Assembly: GCA_030600555.1 (NCBI GenBank)
Contig: JAUVLW010000002.1
Span: 1,335 to 65,334 of the forward strand
Direction: 5' to 3'
DNA length: 64,000 bases
DNA from: Candidatus Aenigmatarchaeota archaeon
GTDB lineage: Archaea; Aenigmatarchaeota; Aenigmatarchaeia; QMZS01
Below are positions 47,226-56,970 of the stretch, one piece after another. The notes under the pieces were generated by a model. The model had not been told where the DNA came from, searched no databases, and was given only the letters and a program-made list of their open reading frames with translations. A program made the translations under genes and the position numbers. Positions within the stretch are counted from its first letter, which is position 1. The number at the start of each line of letters is the position of its first letter.

Positions 47226-48705
47226 AAATATAATTTTCTATTTCTTTTTGAACTTCATACATATCAAATATTTCTTTTTTCACGAGTGAAAGCAAAAATT
47301 TCCCCCTATTTTCAATAATTTTTTTAATTTTTTCAGGATCTATTCCCTGATTTATTGAAATTTTTTCAAGGATGCGGCTCATGGGAGTATATTCAAAAGA
47401 ATCAGTTCTTGAATCATAACCAACAATTATTTTGGTTTCAGCAACTCCTCGAACTTCATCTATTTTAATAAATTCTTCAATCTTTTTCACTCTTCGGTTA
47501 AGGTTGTTTTTATCTTCGTTTTTAGTGACTGTAATAATAATATCCAATAATTCTATAAGGGACGAAGGCAGGTTAATTGGGGGTGTTTTTAATCTTGAAA
47601 TAACTGAATGCACATCTTCAGAGTGGAATGTTGATAATGTCGGGTGCCCGCTAGCCATACCCTGAAACATTACATATGTTTCTTTTCCTCTAACTTCACC
47701 CACAACAACATATTCAGGATTTTCCCTAAAACTTTCTCTCAGTAATTTATTTAAATCAATTTCACCTATTTTCAGTCCGCCAATAGATTCTCTGCTTACA
47801 GTTGCAATCCAGTTGCCATGATAAATTCTGATTTCTCTTGTATCTTCAATTGAAACAATTTTTGAGTTTGAAGGGACAAATGTCAATAAAGAAGTTAATA
47901 ATGTTGTCTTGCCTACTCCGGCTCCGCCAATAATCAACATGTTTGATTTGTGTTCTATCAGGTACCATAGATAAGCAAATGCTTCCGCGGATATGGTGTT
48001 TGATGAAATTAATTCTGTTGGGGAGAACGGAATTCTTCTGAATTTTCTTATTGAGAAATTAGGTCCTTTGGGACTTATTTCTTCTGAAATAGTTCCTTCG
48101 ATTCTGGAACCATCTGCCAGACTACCTTCAAGGAAAGGATCCGAATAGGAAATATGCTTGTTGCATCTTTGCGCAAGCTTGATTATAAAATTTTTTATAA
48201 GTTCATTATTTTTGTAAATTATATTTGTTTTCATATTTCCGAATAACCTGTGTTTAATATATATTTCTGTGTTCAGACCATTGCAGTTTATATCTTCTAT
48301 ATAATCATCCTGCATCAACCCTTCTATTTCATTAAGTCCAACAAAATTCCTGTAGATATAATACATTAGTTTGTTATAACTTTTTTCAGAAACCTGATAA
48401 TTATATTCATTCATGAGAAATTTAATTTTAATCTCAAAATATTTGATAAGTTCCCCTTTGTTTTTGAAATCCATCGGAGACAAATCTATTAATTGCAATA
48501 ATCCATCATATAATTTGTTAAATATTGCAATTTCTTTTTTTGTTAATTTTGGTTCTATGAGTTCATACACAATTTCTTTCCCCTGATGATGTATGGAGAT
48601 ATCAATAAAATTTTCTATTAATGTATATTTCATATCTATTTTTTTCAGGTCTTTAGGAATTTTAATTTTTGGATTAACTTCTTTTAATTGAAACATAATT
48701 AACAT
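47212..48705 (-). CDS. Type II/IV secretion-system ATPase (archaeal FlaI/TadA/VirB11 family)
   Basis: Walker A IIGGAGVGKTTLL, Walker B and His-box region in a 497-aa ORF with a FlaI-like N-terminal domain. Confidence 0.8.
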   Translation of the reverse strand: MLIMFQLKEVNPKIKIPKDLKKIDMKYTLIENFIDISIHHQGKEIVYELIEPKLTKKEIAIFNKLYDGLLQLIDLSPMDFKNKGELIKYFEIKIKFLMNEYNYQVSEKSYNKLMYYIYRNFVGLNEIEGLMQDDYIEDINCNGLNTEIYIKHRLFGNMKTNIIYKNNELIKNFIIKLAQRCNKHISYSDPFLEGSLADGSRIEGTISEEISPKGPNFSIRKFRRIPFSPTELISSNTISAEAFAYLWYLIEHKSNMLIIGGAGVGKTTLLTSLLTFVPSNSKIVSIEDTREIRIYHGNWIATVSRESIGGLKIGEIDLNKLLRESFRENPEYVVVGEVRGKETYVMFQGMASGHPTLSTFHSEDVHSVISRLKTPPINLPSSLIELLDIIITVTKNEDKNNLNRRVKKIEEFIKIDEVRGVAETKIIVGYDSRTDSFEYTPMSRILEKISINQGIDPEKIKKIIENRGKFLLSLVKKEIFDMYEVQKEIENYIYDEK

Positions 48706-48789
48706 TTTCTTTAAAAAAGATAGGCTTATTTTTAAAAAACGGAGGATTTAAGCAGATTAAAGGGTTAAAAACTATTTTAAATATCTTTT

Positions 48790-50388
48790 ATGAGAAAATT
48801 AATTACTTCTGCCCTGCCTTATATACATGGGATTTCCCATTTAGGCAATATTGTTGGCAGTATGCTTCCCGCTGATGTATACGCAAGGTTTTGCAGGCTG
48901 AGGGGAAATGAGGTTTTATTTGTCTGCGGTTCTGATTCTCATGGCACAATGTATGAAGTTACTGCAGCGAAAATGAAGATAACTCCAAAAGAATTAGCAT
49001 ATAAAAATCATGAAAAAATGAAGGAAATTCTGAAAAAGTTTGAGTTAAATTTTGATTATTATGGAATTACTGACAGCGATGCGAACCGAGAAATGTCTTT
49101 TCACATATTTAATAAACTTGATGAAAACGGATATCTTAAAGAAGAAGAAGTTGAGAATGTTTATTGCGAGAAATGCAGTCGGTTTCTTCCTGACCGCTGG
49201 GTTGAAGGAAAATGCCCTTCTTGCGGAGGTCTTACAAGAGGAGACCAATGCGATGACTGCGGGAAGTTAATAGACGTAAAAGATATAGTAGAACCTTATT
49301 GCGTTCTTTGCAAAAGTAAAATTATTTTTAAGAAAACAAAACATCTTTTCCTCGACCTTCCAAAGTTTGATAAAGAATTATCGGATTTTGTAGATAATAA
49401 AAGTAAAAAATGGAGCAAACTTGCGAGAACAGAAACAATTGGTTTTTTGAAAAATGGATTGAAGCCAAGGGCGGTTACAAGAGACGCAACCTGGGGATTT
49501 AAAGTTCCCAAAGAAGGATATGAAAATAAAATTTTGTATGTGTGGTTTGATGCCCCGATAGGTTATCTGGCATTCACAAAAGAATGGTGCGAAAAAAATA
49601 ATCAGAAATTTGAAGACTGGTGGCAAAATGAGGGTACTGAGTTGACGCAGTTTATGGCAAAAGATAACACAATTTTCCATTCAATAATATTTCCTTCAAT
49701 GCTGATTGGTTGCAAAGAAAACTGGAAACTCGTTGACAGGTTAATGTCCTGCGGGTGGCTGAAAGCAAAAGGAATAAAATTCTCAAAGAGCCGGGGGAAT
49801 GGATTGACCACAGAAGAAGCCCTTGAGAAATATCCCGCGGATTATTGGAGGTTTGTTTTAATATCTTTATATCCTGAACAGGATGATTCTGTGTTTTCAA
49901 TGGAAGCTTTTAATGAAACAATAAACAATGAGTTTGCGGATATAATAGGAAACTTTGTCCACAGGGTTCTTTCTTTTTGTTATTCTAATTTTGGGGAAAT
50001 TCCTGAAGTTGAGAAGGAAACTGAAGCTGAATTGGTTGAAAAGGAATGCAGTGAAGTGCGTCAGACAATCACGAAAAATTTTGAGGACTGCAGATTCCAT
50101 GAAGCTCTAAAAAATATTGTCCATTACGCAAAACTTTCAAACGCATATTTTAACAACAGCGAACCGTGGAAGAAAGATGAAGAAGAGAAAAAAAGAATTT
50201 CTTATATTGCGGGAAATCTTGTGAAAAATCTCGCAGTAATGCTTTATCCAATTACCCCAAAATTCTCTGAACAGATTTTTGATTATCTTAACATAAAACC
50301 AGAGGATGTGAAATGGGATGACGCAAATAATTTTAATTTCTCAGGAAAGCTCAAGAAACCAGAACCTCTTATAAAGAAAATTGAATAA
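48790..50388 (+). CDS. metG: Methionyl-tRNA synthetase
   Basis: ALPYIHGISHLGNIVGSML (HIGH-like), CxxC...CxxC zinc knuckles, KFSKS (KMSKS-like) motif. Confidence 0.9.
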   Translation: MRKLITSALPYIHGISHLGNIVGSMLPADVYARFCRLRGNEVLFVCGSDSHGTMYEVTAAKMKITPKELAYKNHEKMKEILKKFELNFDYYGITDSDANREMSFHIFNKLDENGYLKEEEVENVYCEKCSRFLPDRWVEGKCPSCGGLTRGDQCDDCGKLIDVKDIVEPYCVLCKSKIIFKKTKHLFLDLPKFDKELSDFVDNKSKKWSKLARTETIGFLKNGLKPRAVTRDATWGFKVPKEGYENKILYVWFDAPIGYLAFTKEWCEKNNQKFEDWWQNEGTELTQFMAKDNTIFHSIIFPSMLIGCKENWKLVDRLMSCGWLKAKGIKFSKSRGNGLTTEEALEKYPADYWRFVLISLYPEQDDSVFSMEAFNETINNEFADIIGNFVHRVLSFCYSNFGEIPEVEKETEAELVEKECSEVRQTITKNFEDCRFHEALKNIVHYAKLSNAYFNNSEPWKKDEEEKKRISYIAGNLVKNLAVMLYPITPKFSEQIFDYLNIKPEDVKWDDANNFNFSGKLKKPEPLIKKIE

Positions 50389-50416
50389 ATTTGTTTATTT
50401 AAATAATAAAATAATT

Positions 50417-51166
50417 ATGGCGTGGGAGATTACATTGCTTTTATTTATCGTAGTAACTTTTTTTGCGGGAATCAGAATAATTGATCAATATGATAGGGGA
50501 GTTAAATTTAGATTTGGTAAATTTGCTGGTGTTCTTGAACCTGGATTCCGGTGGATAATTCCGATTGTAGATAGGATTGAGAAGGTAGATATAAGAGTAA
50601 TTACCGCGGATGTGCCTTCACAGGAAGTTATGACTCAGGATAATGTTCCAATCAAAGTAAATGGTGTTGTGTTTTTCAAAGTATTGAGGGCCGACCAGGC
50701 TGTGCTTGAGGTTGAGGAATACAAATATGCGGTTTCGCAATTAGCCCAATCCGCATTAAGGGATATGTGCGGAAAAGCAGAACTTGATGATGTTCTTGCA
50801 AAGAGAGAAGAAATCGGTAAGAAAATAAGAGAAGTGGTTGATGAGGAAACAGATCCCTGGGGAATTAAAGTTACGGATGTTAAAATCAAAGATATTGAAT
50901 TGCCTGAGAATATGAAGAGAGCAATGGCCCATCAGGCAGAAGCTGAAAGAGACAGGAGAGCAAGGATTATTCTTGCTGAGGCAGAGAGGCAGGCGGCTCA
51001 GGGTTTGCTTGATGCAGGCAGGATAATTGATAAATCCCCAGCTTCCTTAAAATTAAGATTATACCAGACTTTATCTGAAATTGCTTCGGAGAAGAATTCA
51101 ACAATAGTGTTCCCTTTCCCTGAGGAATTGATGGATTTTGTTAAGAAGACATCAAAGAAAAAATAA
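50417..51166 (+). CDS. SPFH/band-7 (stomatin/prohibitin-like) membrane protein
   Basis: N-terminal TM then a band-7 domain (RGVKFRFGKFAGVLEPGFRWIIPIVDRIEKVDIRV...). The track start at 50381 is a TTG inside the metG 3' end, so the ATG at 50417 (MAWEI...) is preferred. Confidence 0.8.
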   Translation: MAWEITLLLFIVVTFFAGIRIIDQYDRGVKFRFGKFAGVLEPGFRWIIPIVDRIEKVDIRVITADVPSQEVMTQDNVPIKVNGVVFFKVLRADQAVLEVEEYKYAVSQLAQSALRDMCGKAELDDVLAKREEIGKKIREVVDEETDPWGIKVTDVKIKDIELPENMKRAMAHQAEAERDRRARIILAEAERQAAQGLLDAGRIIDKSPASLKLRLYQTLSEIASEKNSTIVFPFPEELMDFVKKTSKKK

Positions 51167-51225
51167 GGGAAGAAATTTATAATAAAGTACAAAATATTCT
51201 AAAATCAGATTGGTTAAAAGGAGCA

Positions 51226-51912
51226 TTGATTGGGGGTATAATGTTTACCTTATCTTGTTATACTTTTGCTCTCTTGGTATTTATGTTTTCACCTGATAGA
51301 TGCACACCTTCAGGAGTAAATTTCGGTTGGTTTGAGTTTATTTTCTTGTTGAGAGGCATAGACTCATTTTCAGGATTAATGCTTGCCGGAACCCTTTGGT
51401 TTATTTTTGGAAGTATTATTGGTGGAATACTCGGGGAAAAATCCAAAAAGATTATTAAGTTTATGATCTTAGTTATAATAATAGAATTTATAATTATTTT
51501 TGGTTTGTTTTTTCTTACAAGTGGTTTTGCGGGACCGTCTCATCCAGAACGCCCAAGTTTAACTGGCATGGAAAAAGCACAGCAAAGCTCTAATCTACCA
51601 ACAGCTTATGAATGTTCAGAAAATATTATTTGTTTTGAGTTCATGGCTTCTTCATTAAATGAGATTAATTATCCTGCAAATCAATCTTATATGAATTTAT
51701 ACTTAGATGGTGTTCCAAAAGAACTTGGTATTTGGAATGGAGGTATTAATGGAATTGCTTGTTATAACAATCCAAAAAAGTTATCTCCCGGAAGAACTTG
51801 TTATGGTAAAATAAATGCAACCCCAAGAACCTGCGAAGAAGGAGCTATATTAGCACTAAAAATAAAACATTCCTGGGGCGCAGAAAAAACAGTTAGTGTA
51901 TTGTGTAAATAG
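51226..51912 (+). CDS. Hypothetical polytopic membrane protein with Cys-containing C-terminal ectodomain
   Basis: Four predicted TMs followed by a soluble domain with 6 Cys. Confidence 0.4.
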   Translation: MIGGIMFTLSCYTFALLVFMFSPDRCTPSGVNFGWFEFIFLLRGIDSFSGLMLAGTLWFIFGSIIGGILGEKSKKIIKFMILVIIIEFIIIFGLFFLTSGFAGPSHPERPSLTGMEKAQQSSNLPTAYECSENIICFEFMASSLNEINYPANQSYMNLYLDGVPKELGIWNGGINGIACYNNPKKLSPGRTCYGKINATPRTCEEGAILALKIKHSWGAEKTVSVLCK

Positions 51913-51973
51913 AACTTTATCTCGTTATAATTCAACAATTCTTATTAATTTCTTAAAACTAATTTAATATATT

Positions 51974-52561
51974 ATGAAAGGAAACTCAATAATCTGGGCT
52001 TTTGTATTAGGTCTTTTAATAATTGCGGGACTATTATTTATGGAAGGAGTTTCAGATTCACCCACGGGCGGAGATAATTCAACAGGAAATGTTTCGGTTG
52101 CAAAGAAAGTTTTGTTGAAAACCACTTTAGGTGATATTACGATTGAATTATACGGAGATATGCCAATTACCATAGGTAATTTTGAGGAATTGGTTGAAAA
52201 AGGAACCTATGATGGCGTAATCTTTCATAGGATTATTCCTGGGTTCATGATTCAGGGCGGAGACCCAACCGGAACCGGATATGGGGACCCAACAATACCA
52301 AATATCAAAGATGAATTTACCCATGAGGGAGGAAACAGAAATGAGAGAGGAACAATTTCAATGGCAAATGCGGGACCAAACACAGGTTCAAGCCAGTTCT
52401 TTATAAATCTTGTTGACAACAGTTTCCTTGATACCAAACATCCTGCTTTCGGGAAAGTTATTGAGGGAATGGATGTGGTTGACAAACTCGGAAAAGTGCA
52501 GACAAAACAGGGCGATAGACCTGTTGAAGAAGTTAAGATAATTAAAGCGGAGATGATTTAA
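51974..52561 (+). CDS. Peptidyl-prolyl cis-trans isomerase, cyclophilin type, with N-terminal membrane anchor
   Basis: Cyclophilin motifs FHRIIPGFMIQGGDPTGTG and SMANAGPNTGSSQFFI. Confidence 0.85.
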   Translation: MKGNSIIWAFVLGLLIIAGLLFMEGVSDSPTGGDNSTGNVSVAKKVLLKTTLGDITIELYGDMPITIGNFEELVEKGTYDGVIFHRIIPGFMIQGGDPTGTGYGDPTIPNIKDEFTHEGGNRNERGTISMANAGPNTGSSQFFINLVDNSFLDTKHPAFGKVIEGMDVVDKLGKVQTKQGDRPVEEVKIIKAEMI

Positions 52562-52656
52562 TTTCAGTAAACTTGTTTTTAGGATATTGGTAAATATTTA
52601 ATTTCAAATAGTTCTGGATTTTGCTTGCAATTTAGGAATCAATAATTTTAAAAATA

Positions 52657-52761
52657 TGCATCGATCGGGATTCGATTACAGCACTATTCCGGCAAACCAG
52701 AACAAATGTACCCGAATTGTTGGCTTGGAAGGCCAATGTCCTACCGTTAGACTATCGATGC
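52657..52761 (-). tRNA. tRNA-Gly (anticodon UCC) with a ~34-nt intron in the T-loop (after T54)
   Basis: Hand fold of the minus strand: acceptor GCATCGA/TCGATGC with discriminator A, D-arm GTCT-AACGGTA-GGAC, anticodon arm TTGGC-CTTCCAA-GCCAA, T-stem TCGGG/CCCGA. The loop T|TCGAAT is interrupted by ACATTTGTTCTGGTTTGCCGGAATAGTGCTGTAA. Same intron position as in tRNA-Phe. Confidence 0.65.
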
Positions 52762-52921
52762 ATAAACTAATATAAAATTAAATTTAGGTAATTATTCAGA
52801 GAATTTTGTGGCTATCATATCTATTAGTATGCCGTAAACTATGCTGAATGCAGTTAATATGACCATTGCGTCCAGACCAGAAGGTATACCCAGGTTTAAA
52901 TGATTGTTAAGAATATAGTAA

Positions 52922-53848
52922 ATGGATTTATACAAAGAAGTCGGGAAAAAGTTAATAACCACTGTGGTTGGGAGTTATCCCCCAAATTCGTTAAATTACG
53001 AAGATGCATTAACAAGAGCAGTAAAAGATCAGATGTATGCGGGAATAGATATAATTTCTGATGGACAAGTCAGAGCTAATTTAATTGATTTATTTGCTCA
53101 GGATATTGAAGGAATTGAATTGCGGGGAGATTCACTAAAACCCAGAATTGTTGGTAATTTAGCCTACAAATATCCTTCCACAATTGATGATTTTTTGAAA
53201 GCAAAAGAAATCTCTGAGGGAAAATCTAAAATTGCGGGAATTATTACAGGTCCGACAACATTATCCTATTCTATGGATATTGAGCCAAAGTTTTCTTTAA
53301 CAAAATATGCAAATAGAAATTATCTTATTGGAGGACTTGCGGACATACTTCATGAAAATGCAAAAGAACTTGAAAGAGCTGGGGCGGATTTGATTCAAAT
53401 TGATGAACCTTGTTTCAGTTTACTTCAAAAAGGAATTAATGAGAAAGTTAAATTTATTGACAGGGTTTTAGATGGAATAAAAGTGCCAACAAAATTGCAT
53501 GTTTGCGGGAATATTTCAAAGATTTATAAATCGCTGTTGAACTTGGAAAATGTAAATATTTTGGATCATGAATTTTCAGGAAACCAGAATAATTTAAATA
53601 CTTATTCAGAAGAAGATTTAATATCAAATGAAAAAATTATTGGATTTGGATGTGTAAATACTATGAGGGAAACAATAGAACCTGTTAAAGATATTGAAAA
53701 TTTTATTCAGAAAGGCATCAAGCATTTTGGAAAGAATCTCCTTGTGGACCCCGATTGCGGAATGCGTATTCTTCCCCATGAAATTGCTTTTGGAAAACTA
53801 AAGAATATGGTAATTGCGGCAAAACGCGTGGAAGATAAATTATATTAA
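52922..53848 (+). CDS. metE: Cobalamin-independent methionine synthase-like protein (MetE C-terminal domain homologue, archaeal short form)
   Basis: 308 aa. TTVVGSYP N-terminal motif and zinc-ligand pattern HVCGN...DPDCGMR, characteristic of the MetE/UroD-like fold. Confidence 0.65.
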   Translation: MDLYKEVGKKLITTVVGSYPPNSLNYEDALTRAVKDQMYAGIDIISDGQVRANLIDLFAQDIEGIELRGDSLKPRIVGNLAYKYPSTIDDFLKAKEISEGKSKIAGIITGPTTLSYSMDIEPKFSLTKYANRNYLIGGLADILHENAKELERAGADLIQIDEPCFSLLQKGINEKVKFIDRVLDGIKVPTKLHVCGNISKIYKSLLNLENVNILDHEFSGNQNNLNTYSEEDLISNEKIIGFGCVNTMRETIEPVKDIENFIQKGIKHFGKNLLVDPDCGMRILPHEIAFGKLKNMVIAAKRVEDKLY

Positions 53849-53883
53849 TTGGTTTATTGTTTTGTGAAAACTTTGAAACTAAA

Positions 53884-54681
53884 TTAAAACTTTGTTTCTA
53901 TTTCTGAACTTTTAATCATTGAAAGGATTTCATTTTTTAGTTTCTCAAAATTCTTTTTTGTTCCGCACCCGTAAAACACCACATGCCTGTGTTTATCAAA
54001 AAACGGAATTATTCCGAAATATCCTTTTAATTGAATTGGTTTGAACGGGGTTTTGTTATCATATTTCGGGAGGAATGCTTTAGGTTTAAAAAAATCTTTT
54101 TTCCCGTTGAATTGTTTGTAATTTAGTATTGAATATAACTCCATACTCAAGCTTTTTGTTTTATTGCTATTGTCCGAAGTGGTCTTATATTCTCCTGAAA
54201 ACAAATGGCATGTGTGCCCGCTCGCAATTTTAAAATTTTTTATAAATTTCACGCTTTTGTAATCCAGGGTTGTCGGAGCTTTTGGATTCATGCACATATT
54301 CAACCAGTTATTTTGATCAACCATGCTCAATTTATTATAATCCAGAATTTTTATTTCTTTTGACCTTCCTTTTCCTTCTTTAATTCCGAATTGATTGCTG
54401 GATTTAATAATATAAGTTCCAAACCAGGATTGGAAATATTTTGATTTTTCATCATATCTTGTTGACTTGCCGTTTTTATCCACATTGCCTATGGTCCAGC
54501 AGTTAACACCTTTAATTCCTATTGGACGCCAGAATAAATCCATTGTGTGGAGAACAACACCCTGCATCCATCCAGACCCAATTTTATTTACTTTCACTTT
54601 TATTCCAAGTCTCAATAAATCAATATTTCTAGATAATATTGCAAAAGGGTAGATAATTTCAGCGATTATTCTGGCTAACAT
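53884..54681 (-). CDS. Hypothetical protein
   Basis: 265-aa ORF with a GVNCWTIG segment. No family confidently recognised. Confidence 0.4.
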   Translation of the reverse strand: MLARIIAEIIYPFAILSRNIDLLRLGIKVKVNKIGSGWMQGVVLHTMDLFWRPIGIKGVNCWTIGNVDKNGKSTRYDEKSKYFQSWFGTYIIKSSNQFGIKEGKGRSKEIKILDYNKLSMVDQNNWLNMCMNPKAPTTLDYKSVKFIKNFKIASGHTCHLFSGEYKTTSDNSNKTKSLSMELYSILNYKQFNGKKDFFKPKAFLPKYDNKTPFKPIQLKGYFGIIPFFDKHRHVVFYGCGTKKNFEKLKNEILSMIKSSEIETKF

Positions 54682-54818
54682 TATATTAACTGCAAGGGAA
54701 TTATTTGAGGCTGATTAAATTAATCAATTTTTAGAAAACACGATTTTTTACTTTTGACATAATAAGTAAAATTTTGAGGTAAAAATACTTGAAAAATCCC
54801 CAAGTTGACTAAAATATT

Positions 54819-56870
54819 TTAAACTAAAATCTTCTCCAAAGTCTTCTTCCCAATCAACCTCCCAGCCATAATTTTATTCTCCCGAATATCTTCAACATTT
54901 TTAATCCCAACTTTATACAATTTTCTTGCCTTAACCCGACCAATTCCTTTAATCATAATCAGTTTCAATAGCTCTTCCCGGATTCCATTCTTAAGCCTTA
55001 ACCGGAGTTTATTAAGTTCTTCAGCAATTTCATTTTTATTTTTCAGTTTTGCAAATTCTTCAGCAGCATATAAAACCCACTCAGCATTTGATATTTTCAT
55101 ATACAGTTCCCCAGGAGTAACAGAATATTCTTCAAGCAGGTAATCTTCTGTTCTCTCAGAAATCCAGTCATTTAATAACATTGCTGTTTTCAGGGACTGC
55201 AAAAATAATCCATAATCAAAATCATAGGGTTCCGGCACATCGCTCAAAAACAAACTTTCATTTTTTACAATAAAATCTTCAAATTCTTCAGCTTCGCTAT
55301 TTTTCACCCTGAGCGAAGGATATAGTTCTGAACAGGAAGATATTGAATGAAGATAAGACATAGGAACTGTTTCACTGCCAACCCGCTCAAGCGAAAGCAG
55401 AAGCTTGTGAGCGGACAAAGGATCAAGATAGAGTTCTGAAACCCTTTTTCCAATAGGCGTTGCTTTAAATTCACTCAAATCCAAAAACCCAAATTCTTCA
55501 AGTTGCTCAAGAATATTTTCTATTTTTATTTCAAGTTCCAGTGATGCTCCGAAAGTGTAACCAAAGAAAGTTTTTCCAAAGAATTCAATTAATTTTTTCT
55601 TTGAATAAATGAATTCTGTTGCAATCAATGAAAGAATCTGCATTCTTAAAACAGGTTCCATGGACAATTTTGAAACAATTGGTTCAACTTCCCCGAGCAG
55701 ATATTTATCTCTTAATTCAATCGCAACATTTTCATCTTTTGCGAGCAGCAAGGCAAGACCATTGGAATCATATTTTGGTCTTCCAGCCCGACCAAGCATT
55801 TGCTGCACTTCCAGATTAGGAATATACTGCGAAAACCCTCCTGAGAATCTTTTGATATCTCTTACAATAACAAGGAAAGCAGGCAAATTTAAACCCGCCG
55901 CAAGTGTTGTTGTTGCGCATATAACTTTTATTTTATTTTCCCTGAATGCTTTTTCTATTTTACTTCTTTGTTTGTTCACAAGACCTGCGTGATGGAATGT
56001 GATACCATGTTTTAAACAACCGGAAAGTTTCCTGCATTGTTTTGTGGGGGTTTCAAGTGCTTTAAGTATTTCGCCTGAAACCTCATTTTCAATAAGAGGA
56101 AATTCCTTTGAAAGTTTTTCCGCAAGACTCTCAGTGTTCCTTCTTGAGGACAAAAAAATCAAAACTTGTTTCCCTTTTCCAACAATTTTTTTGACTATTG
56201 AATTTAAATCAGAACATTCAACTTCTTTGGTTTCCTCAATAAAGATAATTTTGTTGTCCATGAAAATTCCTTTTTTGAGAGGAACTGGTCTGTAGTCGCT
56301 AAGCACAAGTTCTGCTTCAAGCCACTCCGCGAGGTCATCGCAGTTTGAAATTGTTGCAGATAGCGCAATAATCTGAGGGGAATAATTTTCTTTAAGCAGG
56401 GTTAAAACAATCTCTAGAGTTGGTCCTCTGAAAGGGTCCGTTAATAAATGAGTTTCATCCGCAATAACAAGCGATATTTCAGAGAGCCATTCTGTTTTGT
56501 GTCTTATCAGGGAATCAAGTTTCTCTGAAGTCAGGATAATGATATCTTTGTCTCTTAGATATCTGGAAGCGGAGTCAAGGTCTCCTGTTGAGACTCCTAT
56601 TTTCAATCCAAGTTTTTCATATTTTTCTTTGAAATCATCATATTTTTCATAAGCAAGCGCTTTTAGAGGAACAATATAAACTGATTTCATTTTCTTTTTC
56701 ATCCAGTTGTTTATCATTGCAAGTTCCGCGATAATTGTTTTTCCTGAAGCAGTCGGACTTGAAACCACAAGGTTAATTCCTTTCATCAGACCTTTTTCAA
56801 GGGCGAGTTCCTGCACAGGATTAAATTTTTCAATATTTGACAATTTTTTCACAATTTCAATCGGTTCCAT
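54819..56870 (-). CDS. hel308: Ski2-like DNA helicase Hel308 (Hjm)
   Basis: SF2 motifs: Walker A SSPTASGKT, DETH box VIADETHLL, motif VI QMLGRAGR, plus a winged-helix/HhH C-terminal region. 683 aa. Confidence 0.8.
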   Translation of the reverse strand: MEPIEIVKKLSNIEKFNPVQELALEKGLMKGINLVVSSPTASGKTIIAELAMINNWMKKKMKSVYIVPLKALAYEKYDDFKEKYEKLGLKIGVSTGDLDSASRYLRDKDIIILTSEKLDSLIRHKTEWLSEISLVIADETHLLTDPFRGPTLEIVLTLLKENYSPQIIALSATISNCDDLAEWLEAELVLSDYRPVPLKKGIFMDNKIIFIEETKEVECSDLNSIVKKIVGKGKQVLIFLSSRRNTESLAEKLSKEFPLIENEVSGEILKALETPTKQCRKLSGCLKHGITFHHAGLVNKQRSKIEKAFRENKIKVICATTTLAAGLNLPAFLVIVRDIKRFSGGFSQYIPNLEVQQMLGRAGRPKYDSNGLALLLAKDENVAIELRDKYLLGEVEPIVSKLSMEPVLRMQILSLIATEFIYSKKKLIEFFGKTFFGYTFGASLELEIKIENILEQLEEFGFLDLSEFKATPIGKRVSELYLDPLSAHKLLLSLERVGSETVPMSYLHSISSCSELYPSLRVKNSEAEEFEDFIVKNESLFLSDVPEPYDFDYGLFLQSLKTAMLLNDWISERTEDYLLEEYSVTPGELYMKISNAEWVLYAAEEFAKLKNKNEIAEELNKLRLRLKNGIREELLKLIMIKGIGRVKARKLYKVGIKNVEDIRENKIMAGRLIGKKTLEKILV

Positions 56871-56970
56871 TAATTAGTTTGATTAATTTTTTGTTAGTCA
56901 GAAATTTATATTCTATATACAACAAACTAGTTGCAATGGTTTGCCAAATAAATTGTCAGGAGCTAAGAAC

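Noticed and set aside
50381-50416. Track start of the SPFH gene at 50381
   Set aside because: That codon is TTG and lies within the last codons and stop of metG. The ATG at 50417 gives a typical band-7 N-terminus (short cytosolic segment then TM).
52656-52763. 10-bp inverted repeat ATGCATCGAT ... ATCGATGCAT flanking a ~90-bp segment, which looked like a possible MITE or insertion-element terminal repeat
   Set aside because: The repeat is simply the tRNA-Gly acceptor stem (GCATCGA/TCGATGC) extended by a few leader and trailer nucleotides. The enclosed sequence folds as an intron-containing tRNA.
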